The position numbers and the translations under genes were made by a program. A stretch of DNA of 64,000 nucleotides from Vitrella brassicaformis CCMP3155 (taxonomy: Eukaryota; Protista; Chromerida), in NCBI GenBank assembly GCA_001179505.1, contig CDMY01000542.1:186001-250000 (forward strand), written 5' to 3'. The notes beneath the pieces are model-generated. The model was given only the letters and a program-made list of their open reading frames with translations, ran no database searches and had not been told where the DNA came from. Numbering within the stretch: the stretch's first letter is position 1; every line of letters begins with the position of its first letter. This document shows positions 11,701-36,302 of this stretch, piece by piece.

Positions 11701-13609
11701 AGAGCCGCCCACTGACTCTGCTTTTCGTGACTACAGCTGGGATCTTCCACTCCCCGGGACTTCTCTGAGAAGCCGACAAGCACCCCGATGGAGTGCCCCG
11801 CCGTAGCTCTTCTCCCAGACCACTTCGCCCCGCCCTCCCTCCTCACACTCACCCCCTCAGGCGAGTGGGCCGTCCTCGGCACACAGGACGGCAGATTCCT
11901 CTTCATCTATGTCAACCTGGACCCAGAGAGCGGCGAGGGGTCTGGCCCGTCGATGGGCTTCTTCTACCAGCTGTGTGTTGGCGACTCTGTGAGCGGGGCT
12001 GTGTCATGTTGCGCGTTTGTGGAGGGGAGTCCGTGGCTGGTTTCGGGCGGGAGGGACGGGGCGCTCTTCAGTGTCAAGATGAACTTCGATGGCCTCAAGA
12101 TGCTCGTGCACCGAAAGCAGAAGGAACTCGAGGCAAGAAAGCGGCGAGAGGCACTGGAGGACGACCCAGATCTGCCGTTGAAGCTCGAGGCCACCCGGGT
12201 GCCGCCGACCGAGGGCAGACTGGACGATTTGGCGATCAGGTCGTGTCTGTCGGTGGTAGACGAGGGCGCGGCGACGCTGGTGATCGACATTGACGACCCC
12301 AACCACTACGCCATCCAGGACGCCAAGCTGCGGCAGGAGGAGGAGAGCGCCGAGGCGGCAGCCGAGAGACACAAGGAGAAACTCCGACGCAAAATCGACG
12401 GAATCAGAGACGAGCTTGTGCGACTCATGGCCAAGAATGCTGCAGCGCCCATGCCCCTTTCCGACAGCGAGTTGGTCATCGACTCGGAGTACCTGGAACA
12501 GCTCAAATACGAGGGCGAGGAAAAGGTGCATAAGCATGCCGTAGTTGAGGCAGCAGCTAGCCCTCCACAAATTCCGCGGATGTGTGTGTGGTGCCTGTAG
12601 GTGCTGGAGGTGCACAAGGAGCTGGCGTGGTCGGTCGCTTACCACCAACTGGGAGTGGACAAGCTGAAAGTCAGTCAGTCAGTCAGTGAGACAGACAGAC
12701 AGACAGACAGACAGACGGGCACGCTTCTCTGTCTGTCTCTGTGTGTCTCATGCCGCTTCCCGTCCTTGTGCAGAGCCGTTATCTCGACGACGTTGAGTGC
12801 GAGCGCATTCTGGTGCATGCCCTTGAGCAGCCGTGGAGCGTGGCGACCTTCAGGTGCCGCAAGATGCCGCCCGAGCTGGAGGAGAACCTCGCCAAACTTA
12901 GGGAGCTCATCCTGCTGCGGGAGGCTGACAACGCGCGCGACGACACCATGTCGAGAGGACAGACCTCCGGAGGGGTGCTCAAGACCGCGACCACTCAGAA
13001 AATGGCCACAGGTGAGAGCAGTGCTTATAAATGTGTCATCTCCATGTGCATGTCTCGCACGTGTGTTGTGTCCATGGCAGGCAAGACGATCGGGAACCTC
13101 GGTGCGACGGGTGGTGGCCCGTCCCAGGCGGGTACGGGTATGCAGATGGGGGCCGAGGCGGGGGAGGCCGGGGCGCCCACCTCACATGAGCACCGGGAGG
13201 ATAGAAAACTACTCAGACAGCAACGCAAGCGACAGATGGAGGTCAGTGGGCAACACAACGGCACAATTCTCTTCTGGCACAATACATGTGTGTCATGCAG
13301 GAGTTGGAGCGTCAGCGGCCATCTGAGAGCTATGAGGACCCTGCTGACGTGGAGGCCATCGTTCACGCTGAGAAGACCTTGGGTCACTGTCTGCTCAAGA
13401 CTTCCCCCGAGTACAAGGTGCCCGAGGAGCAGCGCATGAATGCCGAGAAGAAGAGGAGACAGATCTGCCTCCTGGACGAGTCGGTCCACGCCATTCGCAC
13501 CGAGTTCAACCAAAGGGTGCTCGCACTCAGGACGTACAAACAAAAGGTCGGTGCGTGTGTGTGTGTGTGTGTGTGTCGGGCGACAGACAGACAGACAGAC
13601 AGACAGACC

Positions 13610-13640
<31 letters not shown>

Positions 13641-16600
13641 GGGAATGAGCATGTGTCTCATCTCAGGTGAAGGACATGCTGAGCCGCGACTTGGCCACCT
13701 TGGACTCCATCACGTACCAGCTCAACGTGCAGCTGCGCCCCACCCGCACGACATCCGCCACGGCCCCCCCAGCGACAAACCCACTGGCTGCCCGCATGTC
13801 GGTACTCGCACAGCAGCAGCAGCCACCTCAGCCGAACCATGTCTCGGCCGACGATTTGGAGGATACGGTGACAGCGGACCGTATACGGCGTCTGCTGGTG
13901 GATCCACCGAGGTCTGAGTATCCCGAACAGAGATATGACATCACTCAGGAGGAGCTCACGTGAGCACCAAGAGGCACTGGACACACGGAGAGAGAGGGGA
14001 GGTGATTGCTGAGGTTCTTCCTTTGATTCTGTGTGGCTGCATTGCATTGCGTTGCAGTGTATTCCGTGCGAAAGAGGAAAAGGAGCGGCAGGAGAAGGCC
14101 GCCAAGGGGAGGGGGGGCAGGCGGGCCGCCGACAGGGACAAACCATCGGCCATACAGAAGACCGAGCCACGTAAGTTAGGCAATTTCCACCCATCCACCG
14201 CGACATACACATTTGAGTCCCGCTTTCCATTGTTCGTCATGCAGCAGCCCACGAGACGGCCGAGAGGGAGGAGGAGGAGTACGAGACCCTCCCGGCCACT
14301 GGCACGGGAAAGGGCTGGATGGCCACACTGGCCGGCCGCAGAGAGCGGCTCTTCCAGTTGAGGGCGGCAGCCATGGCACTCAACCCCACTCCATCGGCAC
14401 CATCACCCGCTGGCGCATCGGACGACGGCAAGGGCGGTGCGATGGCAGCGAGGGCTGCGGGGCAGCAGCTGGTGCTCAAGGAGAGGAGACAGCGGCTCAT
14501 GCACGAGAAGAAAGTCATGGAGAAACATGTCAGTAGGGATGGGGAGGAGAGAGGAAGGCGTCGTCGGCTGGTGATGTTGGTGCCTCTGTCTCTGTCTCTC
14601 TGTCTCTGTGTCTTCACAGATGTTGCGTCTGATAGAGACTTTTGACTCGGCCCTCTCCACTTTGGCCAAGGAGCGCACCAAGCTCGAGTCAGACCTCAAA
14701 AACGCGGAGATCAAAAGACTGGTAGAACAGGGAGCCTCGCAAGACACGCAGATGACACACATAAGCGCTTTTCTGCCCCTCAGGTGCTGAACGAGGAGCT
14801 GCAGCTGCTGAACGAGCTAGAGGAGCGCGACGCTGCCCTATACAAGAAGTCCCAGAAGTGTCGTGCGGACAAGAACGCCAACCTTCAGTCGATCAAGGAT
14901 TGCCAGGAGCAGCTGGCCGACAAGAAGGCCGAGATCGAGCAGTGGCAGCAGGAGGAGCAGAACCTGCAGGCGGAGTTCACCGAGATGGTGGGCGAGAACA
15001 GCCCATTCCTGGCACCGCTCCTCAAGATATACAAACGAAAAGTAAGCAAATAACGGTCAGATTGCGAAGACTCACTGGGCGTGTGTGTGTGTGTCTATGT
15101 GTGTGTAGGTGAAGCGTAAGCGCAAGAAGGGCGTTGAGGGCGAGGAGGAGATGGAGGAGGAAGAGGAGGAGGAAGCCGAGGAGGAAAGCGACATCGACAG
15201 CGAGGAGGAGGAAGAGGACATCGAAGAAGACATCTGCCCACAAGGTCAGGAAGGAACCTGCCCATCCCCCTCCCCTCCCCCATGTGTGTGTCCGTCGTGT
15301 GTTTTGTGTCAGGGTGTGACATGAGCATCTACGAGTCGGTGTTGGAGCTGCGCGACAAGCGTCTCGACATGGAGGAGGCCTTGCAAGACATTCAGAAGGC
15401 CGTCGAGGAGCTCAAGAAGACCCACACCAAGCTGCTGGCGCAGGAGAAGCAGATGGCCAAGGAGCAGAAGGCCACGGAGGACGAAATCCAGCGGTTCCAG
15501 ACGGAGAAGCAGCACAAGCTCAACCAGGTGGACGTCTGCTTCTCGCTGCGGCTCTCCCAGCTGCAGTGCATGGGCGACACCAACACCCTCCCGGCTCACC
15601 TCGACGCCCACGTCGTCTTCACCAACCAGAGACTGCAGCAGCTCATGACACGGTCGGTGGCCGGTGGCTGTGGGTGAGGGAGCGCACCCACACAATGGTC
15701 TCTCTCTCTCTCTCTCTACTGTGTGTGTGTGTGTGTGTGGCTGTGTCCCTCATTGTTTGCCAGTATAGAGGAGCTGCATCGCGAGAAGCAGGAGGTGCGT
15801 GTCAAGTACCGGCAGCTGCAGAAGGACTACACTACCGCACTCAAGGAAAAGAGACACGTGCGCACACACACGGACGGGCGGCAGGAAACCCACAGCACAG
15901 AGCCCTATCACGTGTGTTGTGTTTTGCTGGGACATTGCAGAAGGTGAAGGACATAGAGGATTTGCGGCGCAAGTACGAGGACGTGCAGATGCTGCGCTTC
16001 GGACAGATCGTCGACATCGACAGACTCGAGGCGCAGGAGCCTTCCAAATACGTCAACGTCAGCACGACACAACACACACACACACACACACACATGTGGC
16101 CCCAGCTGATATGCCGGCATTTGTGTGAATGTCTCTCAGGAGTTGCGTGATCGCGTCAAGGAGTCGGAGGTGTCGGCGCATGAGCAGATCCAGGCCTGGC
16201 GCAAGAAGGTTGACGACGCCAACACCGAGCTGCTCAGACTCACACAGGAAAACACACAACTCATGGACCAAATCGCATCACTCGGGTGCGCTGTGTGTGT
16301 GGATGGATGGGCAGGGAGACACAACCCCATAGAGACACACACACACACATGAAGGGGTGTGGGCACGGTGTGGGTGCAGATCGATGCAGCTGACGCTTGA
16401 CCAGGCCCTGAACTCTCGTGTGACCAACGTGACGGTCAACGACGCCGCCCCCACGCAGCAGCGGAAGACCAAGGAGAGGGAGCGCATGAAGCAGCTCATC
16501 ACACTCCAGGCACGCTGGAATGCATCACATACACACACACAAACGAATGCGATGTCTCGTGGGCTCACCTAAGTGTGTGACGCTGTGTGTGTAGGCCAAG

Positions 16601-16824
16601 GAGATAGCGACACTGCAGGCAGAGATCAATTTGTTCAGGAGAAAGGGTGAGTGAGTGAGCTGTGTGATGGATGCTGTGTATGTGCGCATATGCCCGTGTG
16701 CGGATGTGGCTGTATGTGTGTGTCAGGTGGTCACATCTACACGACAGTGACGGCCCAGCGTCTCGACAAGCCGCCGGCCCCGGCCAACTCGAACCCACAG
16801 CAGGGCGCAAGGATGGTTCGATGA
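8760..16824 (+). CDS. CFAP44: Cilia- and flagella-associated protein 44 (WDR52), WD40 repeats plus long C-terminal coiled coil
   Basis: Motifs GIGALAVNPS..AVAEK, YELPSLKLYRILR.GT, KAFSQEVY, TFTGLKLQG.IGKFG.TE.SDI.G..ELPDGK and AIQDAKL match CFAP44 (from recall). Ends ..RRKGGHIY..MVR* at 16822-16824. Confidence 0.9.
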
Positions 16825-17535
16825 CGTGTGGATACGCATTCACGTGACGCACGGGACATGATGTGTCTTCCATGCACATGTACACCTGATGAGTCGGATG
16901 GATGGATGGATCGATCGATGGATGGCCATACAGTCTGTGTGGGTGTGTGCATGTGGGACGATGTTTTGCTCATGCATGTCTGGATTGTCCTTGCTATTCA
17001 TTTCGTGACGGCACACAAGACAGACATTCAAAAAATAATCAAGTGTCTCCGGCATCACAATGCATCCCGTGGATCCAGCCGTGGGGCATGTCTGTCTGCC
17101 GCAGGACGGAGCAACGCTTCTCTCGCTCTTTGAAGGACCAAGGGCGAGAGAAAAGTTACCGCCACCTGAGATAGACACACATGCCGCCTGGGCGGACCCC
17201 ACACGGACTCAGATCATCTTACTGACGTTTCTCTCGTTCATTGGTTATGATCGTCTGCCGCTGGCTCCTACCGCCACCCACAGCACCACCGACACATGCG
17301 TGTGCGCATCGGCGGTGGTGCTGTGGGGTTGAGGATCTGACCAGCGACAGAACGACCAACGTGCAACGAGAAGCCAAATCAATCCACGAAACGACACCCT
17401 CCCTCCCTCCAGCATCCATCTACCGACAACACGCACCGCCCCTCTCTCTGTACGACCACTGCAAGTACGCAAAGGGCACCAGCCAGCACCAAAGGGCTGT
17501 ACAGACTCGGAAGACACGAACAGACGACCCGACCC

Positions 17536-27677
<10,142 letters not shown>

Positions 27678-28650
27678 GGGGGAGGGGACGCACAGGCACA
27701 GGCAGACAGGGAGCGGAGCGTGTGTGCGAGCCTGTTTTTCGTCCGTCCGTCTTGAGGTCTTGAGGTCTTCGGGGGTGCGAGAGTGCATGTCCCCGTGTGT
27801 GTGTGTGTGTGTGTGCGCGAGATGGAGAGAGGCAGCTCCAGAGCGAGTGGAGTACTGCTAGGCAGGCGGACCAGCGAGAGATGAGATGCTCCGTGGATTG
27901 TCTTTGGACGTGGTCGAGGTGCCTTTATCATGTCGGTTTATTTAGTTGTGTTTGACGTCGGTTATGTCTGCCCGTCTGTCTGTCTGTTGAACACACACAA
28001 CCAGCCTGTTGTCCTCTCGTCGGCTGTGGTGGTCTACTGTTGTTCTGCTTGTGGTTGTGCGACGTGCCATCAAAGTGGCAACGGAGTGCAGTCATGAGTA
28101 TGGCGACCGTAGCCTATCGAAAGCTCTGACGGGAGACGCAGTACTGGATGGCTGATGTGGATTTGTCGACTAAGTGAATGTGAACGTATTAGAGACATCG
28201 ATTGGTTTCTCTCACTATGTATTCGCTGCATGTCCGTGTTCAGTGCACACGCAACCAGCTGCCTCATACTGTAGGTTTCTGGTCCGACAGTCAGAATCCT
28301 TCGGTTCACAGTAATCGAATGAAGCCCATTGTAAAGCCTTACAGCAAAAGATGTCTCACGGCTAAAAGTCCCGCTTATCCGAAACCTATTGTAGCGTGTC
28401 TTTGGGAAGTTGGCCAATAACAATGCAAGTCGCCAATGCCATGCGTCACATGCACAGTCACTCATGGCATGCACAGTCACTCATGGAAACAAGAGATCGC
28501 GACAGCGGGGAAAGAACGAAGAAAGACAGCGCCTGGCAGACACCCCCCACCCCATCCCCCCCTCCCTCTGTCTTCTTCCGCTGGGAAGAACATCAAACAT
28601 CCTCAGAACTCACTAACCTAACCCGCGGTCCCTTCCCCCTCCCCAGAAGA

Positions 28651-28780
28651 CATCAGTGTGAAGGTCTTGCCCGCCCAGTTGATGAGCACCGCCGACCAGC
28701 CGAGCTCCTCCAGCGCATCAGTGTGAAGGTCTTGCCCGCCCAGTTGATGAGCACCGCCGACCAGCCGAGCTCCTCCAGCG
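28651..28780. repeat. Exact 65-bp tandem duplication
   Basis: catcagtgtgaaggtc...ctcctccagcg occurs at 28651-28715 and 28716-28780. Confidence 0.95.
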
Positions 28781-29252
28781 CATTCATCCCCAGCACGTTG
28801 ACGTCGGCGAAGTGGCCGTGGGAAGGGTAGCAGTGTACACGGACGCCTTCGATCTCCACCGGCATGCTGCCGCCGGTCCCCTCTCTGTCGGGAGAGAGCG
28901 TCTTCATGGTCTTCTCGCTGAGGTATGTCGAGTCCGTCCCCGTCTGGACGACGAACAGCACGTTGTACGACTCGTTGGGCGGCTGCTGGGATCTACGCAG
29001 ACGCTCCTGCTCGTCCAAGGTCGGAAACACGAAGCGCCATGCGCGCCACACCAGCGGGACCACGAGGCGCCGATGACTGCCATAGACTATGCCAGTGCGA
29101 TGCTGAGGCGTCCCTGACGACGGTGCCGTCGGCTCACCGAGGGTCCGCAATGCCGAAATCTCGAGCGGCAATATGCTGTGTCGCCTCCCACGTCAGGTCG
29201 TACAGCCAGAAATCCTGCTCATATGGCCCGGGGCGCGGCACGTCATGCACCA
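28653..29252 (-). pseudogene. Retropepsin-like (clan AA) aspartyl-protease-fold gene, frameshifted, catalytic D replaced by Q
   Basis: NVLFVVQTGTDSTYLS aligns to the hydrophobic-DTG motif and HFADVNVLGMNAL to the C-terminal LG motif. The upstream MVHDVP..YDLTWEATQHIAARDFG is in a different frame (~29145). Confidence 0.6.
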
Positions 29253-29607
29253 TTTGAGCAGAAGTCCGAGCGAGCTCACAGTCCCAGCATTGGAGCTCGC
29301 ACTTTGATTTACGCGGCGGCGTGGTTTTTCCCACGCGCACTTTGATTTTGTGGCGCCGCTGAGCTGCGCGCGGCAAGTGAAGCAGAAGCTGTACAGGGTG
29401 GCGTTGGGTGCAGGGCACAATTAAGAAAGTATCGCATTGCATCATGACACTTGCAACATCACCCGTGCATGCCGTCTGTCCAGATCATTCATTCATTCAT
29501 TCATTCAGCAATACACTCGTACACCCGTGTGCAGCTGTGCCAACACTGACATCCGAATATAAAATGCAGGCAACGATAGACGAAACGCCTCGCCCATCAC
29601 CCGTGTC

Positions 29608-30430
29608 TCAGTTCTGAGAAACGAGGCTGTCGGCCGTCTCTAGTCGAGCACACACAGAGTCGAAGGCGAAGACGTCTGAGGCTGTGGAGGTCCACACGTA
29701 TTTGCACGACAGGCCGAAGCCGACAACAAAGACGATGGGGACGCCTGCCCGTACCACCCGCCACCCCGCCCGTGCGATGGCGTCCAGGCTCGGAAGGGCG
29801 CACTTGCCGCAAAAGTCGGGGGCCCCTGAAGGCAGACGGCTTCTGCATCCACTCGAGGTAGCTTTCCATGATCGAGAGAAAAGCCTCGACGAATCCGAAG
29901 ATGCCAACTGGAAGCAACACGGAAGAGAACAGCACGCGTTGTGGCGGCCCGTCTCGCCTCTCTCAACCGCTCACCAACACCGCCTACCGATCGTGATAGA
30001 CTTCTCCCTGCAAGCAAACAGAAACTGACATGGTGTATTTGTTTCTTCTGATGCCGTCTTGTGTGTCTCACTGGAGGTCTGGGAAATACGTGAAACCTGA
30101 TGCACACACACACACGCGCACTGATCTGTGCGCCCTGTCTGTGTGTATACGTATGCTCTCCTTCCTTTATCGCTCACGTGAGTTCGTCTTCTCAGGGACA
30201 ACCGCACCTGCAAGCACACATCACACATACGCACACACGCACGCAAAAACATTCGCGTCATGCTGACCTCCTGGTACTTGAGATGCCGCTGGCGACGCTT
30301 GACCGCATGTACATGCCCGTGTGCATTTCGCACAGCACCTGAAGACCGCCTGACTTCGAAAAAGATGGGCCTGTTCTCACTCACACCCTTGTCGCGGTCG
30401 AACGCATCCTTCAGGAGTATGTTGTCATCG
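29608..30430 (-). pseudogene. Exon-like fragments of an unidentified gene
   Basis: Splice-flanked coding-like pieces (KQKGNDDNILLKDAFDRDK|VLCEMHTGMYMRSS..). No coherent model or family found. Confidence 0.3.
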
Positions 30431-32938
30431 TTGCCCTTCTGTTTTCTGCAGAACAGAAGCCATTAATGATGGGCATGATATGTCCTCCTCCCTCCCTGCC
30501 GCCCTCGCTTCCATCCATCCACCCACCCATCCATGGCCCCATGTACACTCGTGCTCTCCCCCTCACTGGGCAGCGGGTGGGCTGGACGCCTCAGCCACCC
30601 GGCACCTCAGCAGCTCGAGCATATCCTCGTGCGTGAGCTGGGGCACCGGGTTGCCGTTCTTGTCCTTGGCGACGATCTCCTGCCCAACGAGGGGCGCCAC
30701 CACCTTGACGTAGGCGACTTTGGCACGCCCCGGACCTGTTGGCCGTCCTCATGCGTCTCGGTGAGGGGTTTTAGGAGGGCGCGAACGGCCCAACCTGACA
30801 TGACAACTGCTTCGAGTTGAGACATAGCCTACATTCATTCAGAAGACACAAATGACCTCCTCAAATGACAAGTGCTCACATTCGCTTGAGCAGCATGCGG
30901 TACATCAAAGAATGTGCGTTCTGGACGCACACATACGGGAGAGAGAAATTTTCCCTTGTGTGTGTGCGTCTGTGTACTTGATGTGTCTCACTTTGGGGTT
31001 TCGAATCCCGAGTCTTGTTCTCCACTCTCAGCATCAAACGGTCGTTGCCCAACACCAGAGAAGCTACGCACACCATCACAGGACAAAGCGAAATGGTGCA
31101 ATGAGCACGCCTCTTGTCAATTCGCTCATTACCGATCGATCGTGGCATGGCTTTTGTCGGTGTTTGCACCTCCTCGGTTGCCAGAGATACAAACCGGACC
31201 GTCTGGGGCCCTGATATCTCTCTTCCGCCATCGGTCGGCGCCCTGTGGCTTTTCCCGGGGCGCCGTGTGCAAGACAGGAGTGGGGCTTGCGGAGGCGTCT
31301 GTCTTCTGCACCGTCTTAGGTTTCTTCGTCTGAGGCGGGCCGAGCCTGCAAAGAGCAGGGGTAAGGAACAGCTGAAGAGGTATGTCTCTGCGAGTTTCGG
31401 TAAACCGGTTTACCGAAACTCACAGCCACTTGCAGGGGAAGCATTCGATCACCAAGCATTCCTTCTGAGCGCCCTCAAAGCATCCATACCGAAGAGATTT
31501 ACATCCAGCGCACATTGTGAATGCGCACCACCATATCTTCCTCCTTCAAGTCTGTCACCGCGAGTCGCTGTGCTTGTGGTCGGTGGCCTCAGCCTGCAAA
31601 CAGCAGGGTTAAGGAACAGCTGAAGAGGAATGTCTCTTGTACCTCGCCTTTGGTGGGCGTGCACTTGTCGGTTTGTGTCCATGGATCATAGCTTTTGGTG
31701 CTGCATGTCCACAGGTATGATGAGGAAGACCAGAGTGTCTTGGTATTTGTTTGTATCGTTGGCCACCTTGGATCATGCTGCTTGCGCTGCCTGCCCCTGT
31801 CAGTCTTGCCGACGCCTGTCTGCGCCATGTGTGTCGTGTCTCTTCGCCTGTCTACTGAGGCGAGGGCAAAAGAGGATCAGAGACACCATGGTATATTTCG
31901 TAACCTACCTTTTCGAGTCGGTGGCTGTTTGGCTGTTGCTTTGCTGTCGTGGCTGTTGCTCTGCTGTCGTGGCTATAATGTCTCTTTTCTGCTTCCAAGC
32001 TGAGACATCATAGCATTTGATGCCCTTGGTACTTGTCCCACCTCTCTCGGCGCTCCTTAGCAATCTGACGAAACAAACGAACGCACACGCGCCCACATGA
32101 CGCTATTGCTGACTCGACCACTCACCGCATGTGGGGCTGCTGGCTGGGATGAGATATGTATGTGTGCGTCTTGTGGTCGGTGCCGAACAGGCTGAGGGAG
32201 GGAGAGAGCGTCACGCATAAGGAAAATCCCGACGAATATAAAATGTATTCGGCGATCTGATGAAACATAACATGACAGGAGACACAAGTAGGATGACATG
32301 AAGAAAGGACATGTACATCGGGCGGAGGGCGACGTGCCGGAGGGCGTCAGCCGTTGTTGTTGACCACCTGCGCCATCAATTAAGTCTTCATCCTGCATCT
32401 CAGTGGCAGCCACATGGTATGGAGGGCATCGGCGTTTGTAATGGCTCACCTGCTGGTACTTGTCCCGCCTCTCTCAGCGCCACTCAATAATCTGACCAAA
32501 CACACGAAAGCGCCCACTCTCTCGTATGCACATGGATGCTCTCTCTCTCTCTCTCACGGATGGATGGACACACGTAGGAAGTGATGCATGAAGGTACGTA
32601 TGGCGTGACGCCGCTCTCCCCTCTCCAAGTAGGCTCTCACGTGCACACAATTAATCAAGCGCAGCCAGGCAAATGGACCACGCAAATTGCAGCCAGGCAA
32701 ATGGCAACGCGGCAGACAGACCACACACTTGAAAAATCACCAAGGCGCTCTCCCGTCCCATGCACGCAGACCACACATCACCCCACCCAACCCAAACGCA
32801 CACACCCCTCCCTCCCTCCCTGCCGTCCTCCTGTCCATCCATCCATCCAAAACTAAGGAATCTCTCGCGACTCCCTCGCTAGCTGCCTACATGTGTCGCT
32901 GCTGGTTGTGTGTATGGGTGGGTGGATTGTGTGATGCA

Positions 32939-34314
32939 TTACACGAGGCAGCCGGACATGCACCATGCAAAGGGGCTGGGCAGCGCGAACCAGCCCCAGC
33001 ACCCTTTTCTCCCTTCCCCATCCCCCTCTATCTTGACCTCCCTCTCCCTCCCCTCCCACATCCCCTGAGCCGCCTCGCCCTGGTCGGCCACCAGGTGCAC
33101 CGCGCCGTCGACGCCCACCGGCAGCCGGATGGACTCGTCGGTATCGCACCTGATCACCTGTTCCAGACACACACGAGGCACTTGTGTCGGCCCTCCAACA
33201 CAAGTATGTGCACTTACCGAGATCCAGCAGCCGGGTGACTGGCAGGTCAAGGTCCAGAGCACTCTGAATCCTCACCAAGGCCACCACCTACGCCACACGC
33301 GCTCCCAGATAACACACTGGTTTGGAGAACAATCTGCCAGTGAGCCCCTTCACACCTCCATCTCGCAGCGCTTCGAGACGAGGTGATATAGGGCAAACCT
33401 CAGGTAACGTGCACGCGTCGCCCCAGTGTCCATGCGCTTGCCCAGGGCAGCAGCTACTTGCCCACGGCGAGCGCCCAAATGCTGGCTGGTCCTGCAACAC
33501 ACACACCATGACGGACCTGCTGTATGAAAAGCGAACGGCGTCTTAACGTACCGGTCATGGGTTTGTGGTGTTGATCTGCTCGCACCGCCGCTGCAGTGTG
33601 TGCTCCTCGAGCAAGCGGCGGCGCTCCAGGATCTGGTTGCGCAGCTTATCCCTCTTCTCGATCAGGGTGGGCAGCTTATCCCTCTTCTTCTCTTCCTCCT
33701 GCATCTGAGTGACAGACAGGTCAGAAGCAGCCATGTGTTGTGTGTGGTGTTGGGATGCGTGTTATCGGTGGGTCTGTGCGGGGGTCACCTGCCGGTATCT
33801 CTCCTGCATCTCTAGGGCTCCTTGACGATCTGAGCGACCGAACGAATGCACACACGTACATGCGAGGATTGATGAATGCAGCGGGGTGGTGCTGTGCTCT
33901 TGGTGTACCGGGTCAGACGGGTCGCCATTCTCCAGTCGCTCGAGGTCCTTCTTGATGGCCGTGTAGGCCTCAACCAAGGCCTGGAAGTCCTCCTTGCGAC
34001 CCTGCTTGTCCGTGTGGGTTTTCTGCAGACACATACACATCCGTCCGCCAAGATGTGTCCAATCATTCGTATCGGTTTGCAGTGCGTACCAGGGCGCCTT
34101 TGTGATATGCCTTCTTGACCTCATTCAGCGGGGCGCACGGATGCACGGGCAACTTCTCGTAGAACCCCACGTATTCGGAACCGACGAATCCCGTGCGGCC
34201 GTCGGCACGCGTGATGGGCATGCTGGCTCTTTCTCCCGGCAGGGCAGCAACTGCTGCGGTGTGCAGGAATGCCAACATCTTGCACACTCTCCCTCGCTTG
34301 CGGGTACGAAGCAT
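32939..34314 (-). CDS. J-domain (DnaJ-like, HTD variant) gene copy L1, with an internal deletion in the last exon
   Basis: FYEKLPVHPCAPLNEVKKAYHKGAL|KTHTDKQGRKEDFQALVEAY. Lacks ~190 bp present in copy R1. Confidence 0.6.
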
Positions 34315-34649
34315 TGGTGTCTCGGGCGTGTCGTCTCGCGGTCGGTGTCGAGCAGTGCTGTGAGACAGACCGTCACGCTGATAAGAAAAAGCCCGACGAA
34401 TATAAAATGTAGGCGGCGATCTGAGAAGGAGGAGAGAGACACTGATAGAATGGCACCAACAAAAGACGGGCGAGACACCACATACTTACATGTCTCCTCC
34501 GGCCAGCACTTGCGCCCCTGTGTCGGTTCCAGCGAGGGTGCCCACCTCCCAAGCACGCACGCCCTCCGTCACTCCCATCACTCTCACACTTTCCCCCGCC
34601 CCTTTCCTCGGGCTGCCCTTGCCGCCTGATGATCTGATGAACCAGCACC

Positions 34650-35430
34650 GGACGTGTTCGTCGTGATGCGCTGGGTGTGGGTGCCCCTCCCCCTCACTGC
34701 CCGAGGAGCACAGCCAGCATCTGCCGATGCGTCAAGGGCTGCGCGCCTCTGTCGGTGCCCACGACCCTCATGTGGATGTCCAGTGCCGCCTGGGCTGCCG
34801 GGCTGCGGTATGGTCGGCCGGTGGGGCCGGTCCTGTCCTTCTGGAAGAGCCGTCTGATGATTGGCATCATTGCATACCCTGAGCGAAGACCACACATTAA
34901 TGGTGCGTGTGTGCTGCGTATGCGTGTCGCCACCATTCAGTCCACTCTTACCGAGCAGCATCACTTCGTTCTCCTGGCTCCTGAATGGGTCTGTCTGCTG
35001 CGCGGAGCCCTCCATGATGTGGCGGCGGCTTTGACCCACACACACATCCATCCACGCGTCCATTCAACATCCACACGCAAATGTGTGGCTGGCGATGTGT
35101 GTGGCGCTTGTCGGCTCACTCACGGCTGCGTCGAAATCGAACCACTTGCCCGTGTTGTCCGCTGCACACACATGCAAATAGAGCAGAGGCGTAGGCACCC
35201 ACTGTTGCTCTGTCTCTCTCTGTAAACGTCTCTCTCTGTGTGCGTGTGGTTATACTCACGTTGGGCTTGATGCCGTTGATGCTGATGCCGCCCCACTCAG
35301 AAACTTCCCCAGCCCCTCCAATGCATCGTGGAAGAACACTTTAGCCTGGGGCAGAGCCACGCCCTGAGCCTGCACATCAACACCAACACCAGCCAACACA
35401 CGATGTGTGCACGATAGTGTGTCTAGTGTG
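34650..35430 (-). pseudogene. Atypical kinase C-lobe fragment
   Basis: FHDALEGLGKF.., FDFDAA, MEGSAQQTDPFRSQE, NVWSSL; frameshifted; mirror of 53480-54130. Confidence 0.5.
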
Positions 35431-35557
35431 CGTGCGGTAGCCCACTGACCTTCCACGAAGCCGGTCACAGGCGCTTACTCAGTCGCTGGCGAATGTCTTT
35501 CTGTGCGTGCATCGGCCTTTCCACCACCAGGCTGCACACAAACCATAGCAACACACA

Positions 35558-35592
<35 letters not shown>

Positions 35593-36302
35593 GATGCGCA
35601 CATGGGAGACGCGAAGACATCCGAGCTGAGCCGTGCTGTGCTGACCTCCTAGCTATGTCCATGACCTTCCTCCTCTCCTCTCTCTCTGTGGCCTTCTGGT
35701 GGGCCCTCTTCTCTTTCTTTTGCTGTGCCTTCTGATGGGCATTTGTTTTCCTCTCTGCCCACACCCACACCACTCATTTCGTCTCCTCTGTCCAGATGAT
35801 TCATTCATCTAGTGCTACTAAACCGTCGTACGTGTGCAGCTGTGCCAACACTCACATCCGAATATAAAATGTAGGCAACGATAAACGAAACGCCTCTCTG
35901 CCGCCACACACACCGCCCTCCCACTCACCCCTCCCTCAGAACCATGTCGGTGACCTTCCTCCTCTCTCTCTGTGGCCTTCTGGTGGGCCCTCTTCTCTTT
36001 TGCTGTGCCTTCTGATAGGCATTTTTTCCTTTCTGCCCCCATCCACACACACAACCATGTCGCCTTTACTTGGGCTGACTGCCGCCCTCTCTAGCTCTAT
36101 CACACTGTACCCGTCCACATACGGCCAGCCGCTCTCTCTCGTTGTGGTCACCCACCCATTGTGTCACCACGTCCACGCGGCCCGTTCGTTGGGCGACACA
36201 CAAAGACGAGCTTCGCTCTCTCACTAACAAAAACTTCGGCAGACCACACACAGTCCAAAAATAACCAAGGCGCTCTCCCGTCCCATGCACGCAGACCACA
36301 CA

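Noticed and set aside
17060-17332. 90-aa ORF between CFAP44 and purB
   Set aside because: No recognisable motif or splice context; lies in convergent 3' regions.
28070-28480. 136-aa minus-strand ORF in a lower-GC patch
   Set aside because: No family similarity and non-coding-like codon usage; possibly an old element remnant.
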